Part shown: positions 25,837-38,400 of the stretch, piece by piece
Layout: every line of letters begins with the position of its first letter
Position numbering within the stretch: position 1 is the stretch's first letter
Source: Octopus sinensis
Lineage: Eukaryota
Assembly: GCF_006345805.1 (NCBI RefSeq)
Contig: NC_043010.1
Span: 31,434,001 to 31,498,000 of the forward strand
Direction of reading: 5' to 3'
Length of the DNA stretch: 64,000 nucleotides
Notes under the pieces: model-generated
Told to the model about the DNA's origin: nothing
What the model saw: only the letters and a program-made list of their open reading frames with translations
The model's database searches: none
Made by a program: the position numbers and the translations under genes

Positions 25837-27088
25837 TAGAAAAGGCGTAGGTAGAAACTCTATAAGATGCATAAAGTGTAAGCTATGGACACATAAGAGG
25901 TGCAGCAATGTCAAAGGAAGGCTAACTAGGAAAATAGTTTTTGTATGTGGCAGATGCTCAGGAGCAATAAACACTGAAAATGCGCAGAGATCAACTTCCA
26001 CCACATTCCAGGGAGAAAAACTAGAAATAGTTGATAGCTTCCATTACCTAGGTGACCAAGTCAGTAGCGGGGGTGGGTGTGCTGAAAGTGTAACTGCTAG
26101 AGTAAGAATAGCCTGGGCAAAGTTCAGAGAGCTCTTACCCCTGCTGGTGACAAAAGGCCTCTCGCTCAGAGTAGAAGGCAGACTGTATGATGCATGTGTA
26201 CGAACAGCCATGCTACATAGTAGTGAAACATGGGCCATGACTGCTGAGGATATGTGTAAGCTCGCAAGAAATGAAGCCAGTATGCTCTGATGGATGTGTA
26301 ATGTCAGTGTTCATACTCGACAGGGTGTAAGTTCCTTGAGAGAAAAGTTGGACCTAAGAAGCATCAGTTGTGGTGTGCAAGAGAGACGTTTGCGCTGGTA
26401 TGGTCATGTGACGAGAATGGATGAAGATAGTTGTGTGCAAAAGTGCCACACCCTAGCGGTTGAGGGAACCTGTGGAATAGGTAGACCCAGGAAAACCTGG
26501 GACAAGGTGGTGAAGCACGACCTTCGAACTTTAGGTCTCACCGAGGAAATGACTAGAGACTGAGACCTATGGAAGTATGCTGTGCGTGAGAAGACCTGGC
26601 AGGACAAGTGAGACCATAACCCATGGCCTCTACCTGGGATGTAGCCAGTCCACTTATGCATACCCTTCCTTCTTGGGACACAAAACTCTACTTGTGAAGA
26701 CCTGTTGAGGCAAGTGAGAATCTGAATCAAAATCGAAATCGATCAACATCAATGGAAATTGTAGCTGTGATACCAGTTCCGGTGGCATGTAAGCGAACCA
26801 TCCGAACGTGGCCATTGCCAGCTCTGCCCCGACGGGCCTCCATGCCAGTGGCATGTAAAAAGCACCATCCATTCGTGGCTGTTGCCAACCTCACCTGGCC
26901 CACGTGCCGGTGGCATGTAAAAAGCACCAGCCCCGTCTGGCATCTGTGGTTGGGGTTAGGAAGGGCATCCAACCGTAGAAACATTGCCAGATCAGACTGG
27001 GCCTGGTGCAGCCTTCTGGCTTCCCAGACCCCCAGTTGAACCGTCCAACCCATGCTAGCAAGGAAAGCAGACGCTAAATGATGATGAT
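25837..27088 (+). mobile_element. 5'-truncated RTE LINE
   Basis: [54 protein letters not shown], 3' UTR and (gat)n tail. Confidence 0.93.
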
Positions 27089-27208
27089 ACATATATATAC
27101 AAATATATATATACATACATATATATAAATATATATATATACATACATGTATATACAAATATATATACATACATATATATATATATATACATATATGTAT
27201 ATATATGC

Positions 27209-27283
<75 letters not shown>

Positions 27284-27517
27284 CATATACATATATGTAT
27301 ATATATGCATATATATATATATAATACATACATATACATATATGTATATATATGCATATATATATATACATACATATACATATATGTATATATATGCATA
27401 TATATATATACATACATATACATATGTATATATATATACACACATACGTATATACATGTATATATATATACATGCATATATATATACATACATATATATA
27501 TATATATATGCATATAT

Positions 27518-27567
<50 letters not shown>

Positions 27568-27645
27568 CATACATATAATATATATATACATATATATATA
27601 TATATATTACATACATATATAACATACATATATATATATACATAC

Positions 27646-27699
<54 letters not shown>

Positions 27700-28002
27700 C
27701 ATACATACATATATATATACATACTATATATACATATACATATATATACATATATATATAACATACATATATATATATACATACATATATATATATATAT
27801 CATACATATATATATATAACATACATATATATATATATACATACATATATATATACATATATATATATATACATACATATATATATACATATATATATAT
27901 ATAACATACATATATATATATAATACATACATATATATACATATATACATACATACATACATATATATACATAATATATATACATACATATATATATATA
28001 CA

Positions 28003-28033
<31 letters not shown>

Positions 28034-28375
28034 ACATATATATATATACATATATATATATACATATATATATATACATACATATATATACATATATACA
28101 TATATATATAATACATATATATATATATATACATACATATTATATATATATATACATACATACATATATACATATATATATATACATACATACATATATA
28201 TATATATACATACATACATATATATATACATATATATATACATACATACATATTTATATATACATATATATGCATATATATATATATACATATATATGCA
28301 TATATATATATGCATGTCTAGATATGCATATGTATATATACATATATGTATTTTTCTATATATATGTACATACAC

Positions 28376-28427
<52 letters not shown>

Positions 28428-28505
28428 TATATATGCATATATATATATACACACACGTACATACATATATATATAAATACATACATACATATACACATAC
28501 ATATA
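27089..28505. repeat. ~1.4-kb TA/TACA/TATG microsatellite
   Basis: Directly visible. Confidence 0.95.
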
Positions 28506-28936
28506 TATTTAGTAGAAGTAAAAGAGTGTCCAAGAGTTTTGTGTTATGGCCCAACGCATGAAAGTCTGCGAACTTGAGTTACTTTGTTTCTTTTAAATAT
28601 TAATAAAAATATATACTCATATTTGGAGTTCTGTTTTTTTTTTTGTTTTTTTTTTTGTCCTGTTGCATTAACATACCAAGAAATATATATAAGCATTGAT
28701 TGTGAACCCAATTAGAAAAAGTATTTCTTTCATAACTCAATGTATTAAAAATATGAGGAGTTTAGTATGACCAAATACATCGACACCAATACTAAAATGA
28801 TGTATTTCATCGACCTCAAGGAGATGAATGGCAAAAGTCTGTCAGCAGGAGTTGTCCAGAGTTTTAAGTAAATGCCACAGGACAGTGTTCCGTCACTCTA
28901 TACCAATCAATCGCACTGTTGATTTGAACAACTTAC

Positions 28937-28999
28937 CGTGTCTCTGCTTTTTGTCACAGGGAGTGGACCTCTCAACGTCTCTTCTAGACCAGTTGACAT
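28937..28999 (-). CDS. EXOC4: EXOC4/Sec8 first coding exon (MSTGLEETLRGPLPVTKSRDT)
   Basis: ATG at 28999 with an in-frame TAA 45 nt upstream; GTAAGT donor at 28936-28931; phase 0 fits the next exon; ...KSRDT|SNFLMTIVRTLS resembles the Sec8 N-terminus (recalled human KSKDPSGLLISVIRTLS). Confidence 0.8.
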
Positions 29000-29340
29000 C
29001 TTGTGTACCCTTTGTGTCCGTCTTAAAGTCCTCTTTCTGTATTAGTTTCTTCTTCACAGTCTGATGTTTCTGTTCCTATGCACGACCCACAATGTCTAGT
29101 ATTGTTTGGTAATGCGTAGCTCTCAGTTTCACGAATAGTTTAGAGTGCGAATGTTTTTCTTGTGCCTCATCTATATTTGATGCTTATTAATAAGGTGCCC
29201 AGACCGCCCCTATTGTTTATATTACAATGTAAACAGAATCCACTACCGTATGAACCCTATAACAGAACACTCATGACGTTCTGTCATTTCAGCTGATAAA
29301 CGCGAGCGCCACCTACCACGCTAAATAAATTTAATCAGAG
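29000..29340 (-). promoter_or_regulatory. EXOC4 5' UTR / putative promoter
   Basis: Unique, relatively CpG-containing sequence directly upstream of the start codon and bounded by a SINE at ~29385; includes TAGGTGGCGCT on the minus strand near 29305-29315. TSS not determinable. Confidence 0.45.
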
Positions 29341-29384
29341 TTATCTTCCCTTATAAATGAGAGTCGTCTTCGCTGTTTAGACAT

Positions 29385-29752
29385 CAGTGCTCCTGGAGCT
29401 GGCAGAATCGTTAGCACGTCGGGCGAAATGCGTAGCGGTATTTCGTCTGCCGCTACGTTCTGAGATCAAATTCCGCTTTCGGGGTCGGTAAATTAAGTAC
29501 CAGTTACGCACTGGGGTCGATATAATCGACTTAATCCGTCTGTCTGTCCTTGTTTGTCTCCTCTGTGTTTAGCCCCTTGTGGGTAGTAAAGAAATAGGTA
29601 TTTCGTCTGTCGTTACGTTCTGAGTTCAAATTCTGCCGAGGTTGACTTTGCCATTCATCCTTTCGGGGTTAATTAAATAAGTACCAGTTGCGCACTGGAG
29701 TCGATATAATCGACTTAATCCGTTTGTCTGTCCTTGTTTGTCCTCTCTGTGT
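29385..29752 (+). mobile_element. Tandem pair of tRNA-derived SINEs
   Basis: ctggcagaatcgttagcacg...ttctgag(a/t)tcaaattc...ggggtcgataaattaagtacc-type body present twice; related copies at ~43620-43820 (+) and 60535-60740 (-). Confidence 0.8.
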
Positions 29753-30340
29753 ATAGGTATTATCACATCACGGTATGGGTAAAAAGAATTTTGAAAATAA
29801 GGTATCTAAATTTGATGAAAAAATATTTGGTGGAGTTTCAGATCAAGACGTCCACATAAGTTAGATTTTCCTCGATTTTACCGGGATTTTTCCCTTTTTC
29901 TCTTTACATCACGGCCTTCGAAACGTTGGGTGGCGGGGTTTTTTTTTTTCCACCACCACCCTTCAAACCGATTTTGGTCAACATTTTCGGCACTACGCAC
30001 TTTAAAACTACGGGAGAAGCCTTTTCGGTAAATAAATAAAATGAAATTTGTAAATATTTTCAAACGATAAGGTGTGATTTAAGGGAGATTTAGCTGTTGT
30101 TTCTAGTACATCCCACGATCACCTTTCCCTTTTCTTTTGTTACAGTCACATGCATTGATGTTTTTCAATATTTTTCTCCCCATAAGCACATTTTTACGGA
30201 ATGATGATGCTGCGGAAGTAACACACGTGCGGTCCATTGCTGGGATTTAAACAAAAAAATTGGAATTTAAATTTTGGTGGAGGTAAACGACATGGACCGC
30301 ACCCCACTTTCATTTTTTTTCTCCTACAAAAACCCACTTT

Positions 30341-30944
30341 TGGATCTTTTCCTTTTGTACGGCAGACAATTTCTAGTTAACTAAACACTTTAAAACTTCG
30401 TATACTGGTAGAATGTGTCAAAATAAAGCATTTTTTTCTTGGCTTTCTTGAGAAAATTGTAATTTGTTTAACGTAGTTTAATTTTTCGAATCTTAACCAA
30501 TCCTATGCTCTCTTTTGAGCTAAAATCATTTGCTGCGTCTAAAACTGAGACAACATCCTGTAACTAACCCTAAACCTCCCACTAACCCTAAATTTTTTTT
30601 TTCTTAATTGTTACGCGTGTAAAAAAAACTAAAGCAATGGAATTAAATTAATTTAACAATTAAGAAAAAAATATTAGGGTTGGGGGGGGGTAGGATTAGT
30701 TACAGGATGTTGTCTCAGTTTTAGACGCAGCAAATGATTTTAGTTGAATGGAGGTAATTGATTGGTTAAAATTGCCGAAATGCTCGGATTTTCAGACGAA
30801 ATATCTTACAAACTATAGAATTTTCTTAATAAAACCAAGAGAAAATGAGGTTTTATAAACACATTCTACCAGTATACGAAGTTTAAAAGTGTTTAGTTAA
30901 CTAGAAATTGTGTTGACATCTGCCGTTCAAAAGGAAAAGATCCC
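30341..30944. mobile_element. Fold-back / long-TIR non-autonomous DNA element
   Basis: ~230-bp diverged inverted arms (ggatcttttccttttg...ttctagttaactaaacac...cgtatactggtagaatgtgtca and its complement); TAACCC motifs inside. Confidence 0.75.
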
Positions 30945-32058
30945 CACTTTTTTCTGCTGCGGACATTCCGAATCGGCAAAAAAAAAAAATTTGGCATTTC
31001 AAAATTTTAAACCCCCCCAGTTTGTAATTTTTTTGCCAAAAATCCCTGTTTTCGGATATGGAGGTCCCGGAAAATTGCCAAAAATCGGCATTATGAAATT
31101 CCCCCCACTTCCCTCTAACTTCTTCAATTTTGACCTTTTACCCAACACTAACCCTAAAATCCCAACCCTAACCCTAACTCTAAAACACAAGAAAGCCATA
31201 AAGTCTTTCCCCCTAACCCTAACCCCGTGTCCAAATCATGATGTCCATATTTTCCCACATATTTATCGCTGATAGTTGTTGTCGACAAACAACGGCAATA
31301 ATTTTATTCAACTGAATACACGTCATTGATTGGTTGAAATTACCGAAATACGAGAACTTTAACATGAAATAACTTCGTAAACATAAACTTTTCTCAAAAA
31401 CGCTAACAGTAAAAGATGTTTTATATGACACATTCTACCAGTATACGAAGTTTGAAAGTGTTTAGTTACAAAAATTTATCTTCTAAATCTGTCAGTCAAG
31501 TTAGGTGGGCTCCTTATTACACAAGAATTAATATCTTAGAAAATTACCAAATTTTAAATATTGAAACCCATCTATTTCATGTAATTGAATTTGATGAGTT
31601 AGCAGAGAAAGTTTAAATAAATGACTGAAAATTTTGCTTTATAGATACACTTTTCAAAATTCAAATTTTCATTTTTCACACATTCACTAGCAGTGTTTGA
31701 CTTTTCTTTCATTGTGAAAGTACAAAGGTGCGAAAAAGGGGTAAGATTTTTTTCTTTTAATGCGAGCTACAAATGTTTCAGAATGTGGAATAAGTTAAAA
31801 TGACAGAAAATTATGAAAAAGAGGAAAAAATAATTTTTGTTGTTGTTGCTATTCCAAAGGCATGATGAGTGTGTGTGTGTGAGGGGTTGAGGTGTTGGGG
31901 ACACTACCATTTAAAAGACCAGGGTTTTTAAAATTCTTCTTTTAAAACGGCTCCCCTTCATTGTTTTGCAATGCATGGGAAAAAGGCGGGGAAATCCCTA
32001 CAAAGATAGGAAAATTCAAACAGCTATTTCCGAAATTCTGCTTTTCCAGTGTCCTATA

Positions 32059-32938
32059 GGGGTAGGTGGGGTACAATGAGTAATATTTCCTGCATTTTTG
32101 ACTTAGAAGAAAATATATTTGCTACAAATGTTCACTACCTTGCCAAAGCTATATCAGCTGAATAAAAACCTCTAAATGCAATAAAACCTATAACATTTAG
32201 CACACTATTCAGAAAATTATCACTTTTCTCTGAACATATATAAAAGACAAATTTAGGCATGGCAAAATGAGTAAGACAAGATAAGATAAATTTGCCTCTC
32301 CAGTTCTCCAGAATTGCATTTGAAAAAAGGCTCATACACATAAACATCCATCCTTAGACATCAGAAAGATCAGAAGTGTAACAAAAAATTTAAATATCTT
32401 AGTCAAATGAAAGAGGCTCATGGAAAAATAGCAAATGATATGCAATTAATGAAACTCACCTAAATCTAAAAACTCAACGTAAAATATTCTCTATAGCTTC
32501 TTCATGATCTGCTGGAGTATCTTTTTTCCATATATATATTTATGCACCATGCAGTTAAAGAGAAATAATTATTACTCATTTTGCCCCAACTTAGACATTT
32601 TTTTTTTAATCTTGAAGATTATCCAATTAGATATTAGTTTGGTAAAATTGGGGTAGAATTAAACAGAGGAAGGAATATTGATGGTTAAACACCAAAAATT
32701 ATCCAGATATTTTATTAGCAACCTCAATTACAATTGGGTCAAATTTGAAGAAAAAATTCTTGAAAAAGAACAATCTGTCACCTATGTTTCAAACTCTCAA
32801 CTTCAACAACGCCTACATAAACTATTCTGACCAATTTTTTCTCCCAAAGATGATGCAATAATTTCAATGTAATGGTTTCAAACAGGTAGGGAGAAAAATA
32901 ACAAGATATCAGAAATTATTCATTTTGACCCAGTTACC
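32059..32938. mobile_element. Non-autonomous TIR element (pogo/Tc1-like termini, inference); related copy at 61962-62855
   Basis: TA + ggggtaggtggggtacaatgag at left, cattttgacccagttacc at right; ~0.9 kb colinear with the 62-kb copy. Confidence 0.6.
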
Positions 32939-33159
32939 AATTCTGCCCAACTTCCATATATTAGTAATTCCAAGTGCTTGACAGAATACTGAAAAATATA
33001 AGAAAAACGAAGAAAGAAAAAAGGTTCAATTTAATGGAAAACATTTGAATATATATGCAATAATTCTGAAGCCAAAACAGAATGCTTCTAGCTATTGAGA
33101 GATGTAATTTTATAATTAAAACTGAATTCAAAATTTAAATTTTATGCTATATGCACCAC

Positions 33160-34960
33160 TGATGCTATATTCCTGGTTCGACAACTGCAGGAGAAATACC
33201 TAGCTAAAGATAAACCCCTCTACATAGCTTTTGTGGACTTGGAGAAAGCCTTTGACAGGGTCCCCCGATCCCTTATCTGGTGGTCGATGCGGAAATTGGA
33301 GATTGACGAATGGCTAATAAGGGCTGTACAGGCCCTATACAGAGAGGCTGTCAGCAAGGTTAGGATTGGCAATGAATATAGTGAAGAATTCCGGGTAGAA
33401 GTAGGTGTACACCAAGGTTCAGCCCTCAGTCCCCTTTTATTCATCATAGTCCTCCAGGCAATAACAGAGGAATTCAAAACAGGTTTCCCCTGGGAGCTCC
33501 TCTATGCTGATGACCTGGCTCTCATAGCAGAATCACTACCGGAACTAGAAAAGAAATTTTGGGTGTGGAAGCAAGGTTTAGAATCAAAGGGCCTTAGAGT
33601 AAATGTAGCAAAGACCAAAGTTATAGTAAGCAGAAAGGCGAACTCATCACACACACCCTCAGGCAGGTGGCCCTGCTCGATCTGTAGGAAAGGTGTAGGT
33701 AGAAACTCCATGAGATGTACCCAGTGTAAGCTATGGACGCATAAGAGGTGCAGCAACATCAAAGGGAAATTAGCTGATAAGATAGCTTTCATATGCGGCA
33801 GATGCACAGGGACAATAGACACCACAGATACTCAGAAAACAGATTCCATCACACTCCAAGGGGAGAAACTAGAAGTAGTTGATAGTTTCCGCTACCTAGG
33901 TGGCCAAGTTGTTAGTAGTGGAAGTGGATGCTCAGAGAGTGTCACCACTAGAATACGAATAGCCTGGGCAAAGTTTAGAAAGCTCCTCCCCTACTGGCGA
34001 CAAAGGCTCTCTCGCTCAGAGTGAAAGGTAGATTGTATGATGCATCTGTGCGAACTGCCATGCTTCATGGTAGTGAAACATGGGCTGTGACTGCAGAGGA
34101 CATGTGTAGACTTGAAAGAAATGAAGCTAACATGATCCGCTGGATGTGTAATGTCAGTGTGCACGCACGACAGAGTGTAAGCACCCTGAGAGAAATGCTG
34201 GACATAAGAAGCATCAAATGTGGTGTGCAAGAGCGACGCTTGTGATGGTATGGTCATGTACTGTGGATGGATGAGGAGAGATGTGTGAAGAAGTGCCACT
34301 CAAGGTATCAGGGGAAGAGGTAGACCCAGGAAGACATGGGATGAGGTAGTCAAGCATGACCTCAGAGCATTGGGCCTCACAGAGGCAATGACGAAGGACC
34401 GAGATCTCTGGAGATATGCTGTGACTGCAAAGACCTGGGCTGCTTCCTGCACCAGTTCCGCATAGCCCCAGCCCATTCAAAGTACCTTGGATTTCAGAAC
34501 AACCCACTGTGCTTGAGGAGACCTATTGAGTCAAGTACATGAACATTGAAATAAATATCAATGGAAATAGTAGTTATGATACCTGTGCCTGTGGCATGTA
34601 AAAAGCACTATCCAAACATGGCCAATGCCAGCACCACCTCGACAGGCTTCTGTGCCGGTGGCACATAAAAAGCACCATCCAAATGTGGCCGATGCCAGCA
34701 CCGCCTTGACTGGCTTCCATGCCAGTGGCACGTAAAAAGCACCAACCGATCGTGGATGCTGCCAGACCCCCCTGGCACCTGTGCCGGTGGCACGTAAAAA
34801 GCACCCACTACACTCACAGAGTGGCTGATGTTAAGAAGGGCATCCAGCTGTAGAAACACTGCCAGATCAGACTGGAGCCTGGTGCAGCCTCCAGTCGAAC
34901 CATCCAACCCGTGCTAGCATGGAAAACGAACGTTAAACGATGATGATGATGATGATGAAC
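33160..34960 (+). mobile_element. 5'-truncated RTE LINE with RT domain
   Basis: FVDLEKAFDRVPR, GVHQGSALSPLLF, LYADDL in ORF 33233-34024; 3' UTR and (gat)n tail. Confidence 0.95.
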
Positions 34961-35564
34961 ATATTTCTTTAATTACTTGCTTCATAAAATAAGGTCGGTT
35001 TTCAATGCCTCACTAAGTTTAGAAATAGAAATGTGTGTGTGCCTTTAACTGCAATAGGTCAAACTAAAGTCATAACTCACTCATGCGTTGACAGAAGGAA
35101 TTTGACCTAGAAACAATAACTTCTTTCTATCAATCTCTTTATCTTTATATACATTCATACTTACACACACACACAGATACATACAGACCTACATACATTT
35201 TCAAGAGAGTTTTGTTGCTTCCCTTTTCTCTGACTTGTCCCCAAAACAGCAACAATTTGTAAGGGAATTGTAAGCTGTTTTGGGCCAGGGTAGTAAACTG
35301 TTTTTTCAATGAATTAATTAGTGTCTCTAAAATGGCAAAACCTATGGTTATTGATCATAAAAGAGAATTCATTACATTTTTTAAGATGTTAAGATATCTT
35401 CGTTAATTGAAAGAGAGGCTCTTCATATCTGGTTGCTAAGAGGTTGGACCTTCCTGTATTGAGTGCTACATACCCTTCATAGCAGGGGAGCCCCAATATC
35501 TTTCAAATGCTGGGGTAATTTTCCCCTCCAACCCCTATAAATCCGGCCCTGTAGGAGAATAAAA

Positions 35565-36733
35565 CTTGGACGGAAGTTCTAGTTAACTAAACAATTTGAA
35601 ACTTCGTATACTGGTAGAATGTGTCAAAAGAAAACATTATTTTCACTTGGCCTTTTTGAGAAAATTGTAATTTGTAAGTTTAACGTAGTTTAATTCTTCA
35701 AATTTTAACCAATGAAATGCCAGCATTTGAGCTCAAATCATTTGCTGCATTATCGATATTGATAAACAAACGAGGAGACGCATACACACACACACATATA
35801 TTCAGATACATACACACGTACACTTGCACACATACACACACACACACTCTGTCACTCTCTCTCTCTCTCTCTCTCTCAAACACATGCATATACATTTGCA
35901 CAAGCACATAGTAATTAATATATAAGCGTACACACACATACAAACGGAGATATACATACACACACAAGCATACATGCACGTTCGTGAGTTCGCACTGGTG
36001 TCGATAGAATCGACTTAATACTTTTGTATCTCATGCTTTGGCCCCTCTGTGTTTTGCCCCTTGCCGCAACAAATTTACACAAAAGATAAATAAACCAGAA
36101 GAGGTGGGGTCAATGTTTCATCGTTTCGGGGTCGATAAATTAAGTACCAATTACGCACTGGTGTCGAGGATTTTTTCCCCAATTTATATCACAGCCTCTG
36201 ACAAGCTGGGGCATCCTTTTATGAAAAAATATTTCGCAAATTTTTACAATACGACCCACACTCCATGCGCACCCTCTAGACCGATTTAGGCATATTATTG
36301 TTTTGCTTTTGTTGTTTTTGGCCCTTCAAAACCATGGGAGAAGCCTTTTTGGTAAAAAAAATAAAGAAAATATTCAAAAAATATCGTTAATATTTTTATT
36401 GGGCGACGAAATTCATCGATTTAAGAGATATGGCTGTTATTTCTAGCACATGCCTCCTCCTTTGTTTATCAATATCGATGAGCGAGACAGACAGAAGAGA
36501 GAAGGATGAATAACACGTGTGTGCTGTTTACGTTGCAACAGGATGTTGTCTGAGTTTTTAGACGCAGCAAATGATTTGAGCTCAAATGCTGGCATTTCAT
36601 TGGTTAAAATTCGAAGAATTAAACTACGTTAAACTTACAAATTACAATTTTCTCAAAAAAGCCCAGTGAAAATAATGTTTTCTTTTGACACATTCTACCA
36701 GTATACGAAGTTTCAACTTGTTTAGTTCCGTCC
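35565..36733. mobile_element. Second member of the 30.3-kb fold-back family, carrying microsatellite and SINE cargo
   Basis: ~200-bp inverted arms (ttggacggaa...gaaacttcgtatactggtagaatgtgtcaaaag...ttgagctcaaatcatttgctgc and its complement at ~36560-36733). Confidence 0.8.
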
Positions 36734-36880
36734 AGCAAAAGAAAAAGATCCCTGAAGGATAACTCTAAAAATTGCATCGAAGCCATTAGTACCCCTAGCA
36801 TTTCCAGTAGCCCAGTACAGTTTTAATATAATTATCTGGAATCCTACAGAACTCAATGCATAGACTAAAAAATTAATGAC

Positions 36881-37049
36881 ATAGGCGCAGGCATGGCTGT
36901 GTGGTAAGAAGCTTGCTTCTCAACCACATGGTTCCAGGTTCAGTTCCAGTGTATTTTGGGCAAGTGTCTTCTACTATAGCCCCAGGCCAACCAAAGCCTT
37001 GTGAGTGGATTTGGTAGACAGAAACTGTAAGAAGCCTGTCGTGTATATA

Positions 37050-37106
<57 letters not shown>

Positions 37107-37320
37107 CTGTATTTATTTCCCACTATCACTTGACAATCAGTGTTGGTGTGTTTACATCCACATAACTTGGTGGTTTGGCAAAAAAAAAACAAAAAAAAAA
37201 CAATAGAATAGCTTCTAGGCTTAAAAATAAGTCCTGGAGTTGATTCATTTGACTAAAATCTTTCAAGGCATTGCCCCGGCATGGCTGCATGCAAATGACT
37301 AAAGCAAGTAAAAGATGAAA
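36881..37320 (+). mobile_element. tRNA-derived SINE with internal (GT)n
   Basis: ggcgcaggcatggctgtgtggtaag...ggttcagttcc head, gcaagtaaaaga tail; same family at 53141-53520 (-), 58355-58712, 58950-59240 and 60996-61378. Confidence 0.85.
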
Positions 37321-37329
37321 GATCAAAGA

Positions 37330-38400
37330 ACATTCACCACTGTAACACAGATGTTGATCTTCTGTAGCTACCTAGAAGCAGTGGGGCAAGAAGAATAATG
37401 CAATTAGAACTCTGCTATAAAGCCTCCACTATAGGAATGAACAAGTACTTATCTAATCTAGAGGACTGGAGGCTACGACTAGTAAGCGAACATGAAAGTA
37501 GCAAAAAGTTACATTCTATTGTCAAGGAAGCTTGTAAATTTACAAGGTAACTTGGTGTTAACCCTGAATTAGATGAAGAGCCTGAAACCACTGCTACTAA
37601 GCAAGCAAAATGAATCTAGCAGACTGTAAAAAATAATGGGCAGAAACAAATTGAGGAGAAGTGGAGCCAGAATCCTCTGCCTGGACTATATATTCTTTGA
37701 AGTCAAAATGCTGATGTAGACCAAGCAGCAATTCATCAGTGGCTGAAAAGTTCAGGATTGAAAGTAGAGACTGGAGGCTTCATACTGGTGGCACAAGATC
37801 AAAGCTTGTTTACCAAAAATTACCAATCGAATGTTCTTCAAAATAGTGCAGAATCTGCAACACATTTGACAAAACAATAGGCTATCTCAATTTGGGGTAC
37901 CCTATGCTAACACTAAACAAACAGAAAGTTGCCATGATAGAGTAAGACAGTATTTTCATTGGAAAATATGTAAGCACTACAAAATCAACACTCCTGCTGA
38001 ATGATATGAACACTATCCTGAACCAGGTGTTGAAGGTAAGAATGTCACCAACTGGGATTTCCCAGTCAACACTGACAGAACGATCCAGACTAATCAACCA
38101 GGCATAATTATAAAATACATGGAAGAAAATACTTGTAGACTAATAGATCTAAGTGTTCCCACTGATAAAAATATATCTGACAAACCTAGTAAATATAAGG
38201 GCCTAGAAATTGAAATACAAAAGATGTGGCATCTTAAAGTAAAAACTGTTCCTGTTATTGTAGGTGCCCTAGGTATGATAAAATAAAAAGGGATGTCAGA
38301 AATATCTAGACAACATCCCAAGAGAGCCATGTCTCAAAGAAATACAAAAGATTGTGCTGACAAGTACTGCCCACATCATTAGAAAAACCCTATCAATTTA
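37330..38400 (+). mobile_element. R4/Dong-like non-LTR retrotransposon, 3' part with restriction-like endonuclease (degenerate)
   Basis: Hand translation HQWLKSSGLKVETGGFILVAQDQSL, HDRV..YFHWKICKHY, WDFPVNTDRTIQ, LIDLSVPTDKN..SKYKGLEIEIQKMW, VPVIVGALG, LTSTAHIIRKTL*. Confidence 0.8.

Noticed and set aside
20880-28561. Dozens of long Y/I/H/T/C/V-rich ORFs (up to 310 aa)
   Set aside because: Translations of TA/TACA microsatellites, which lack stop codons in most frames
31140-31230. Interstitial telomere array
   Set aside because: Only 2-3 TAACCC units at a time, tied to the fold-back repeat family
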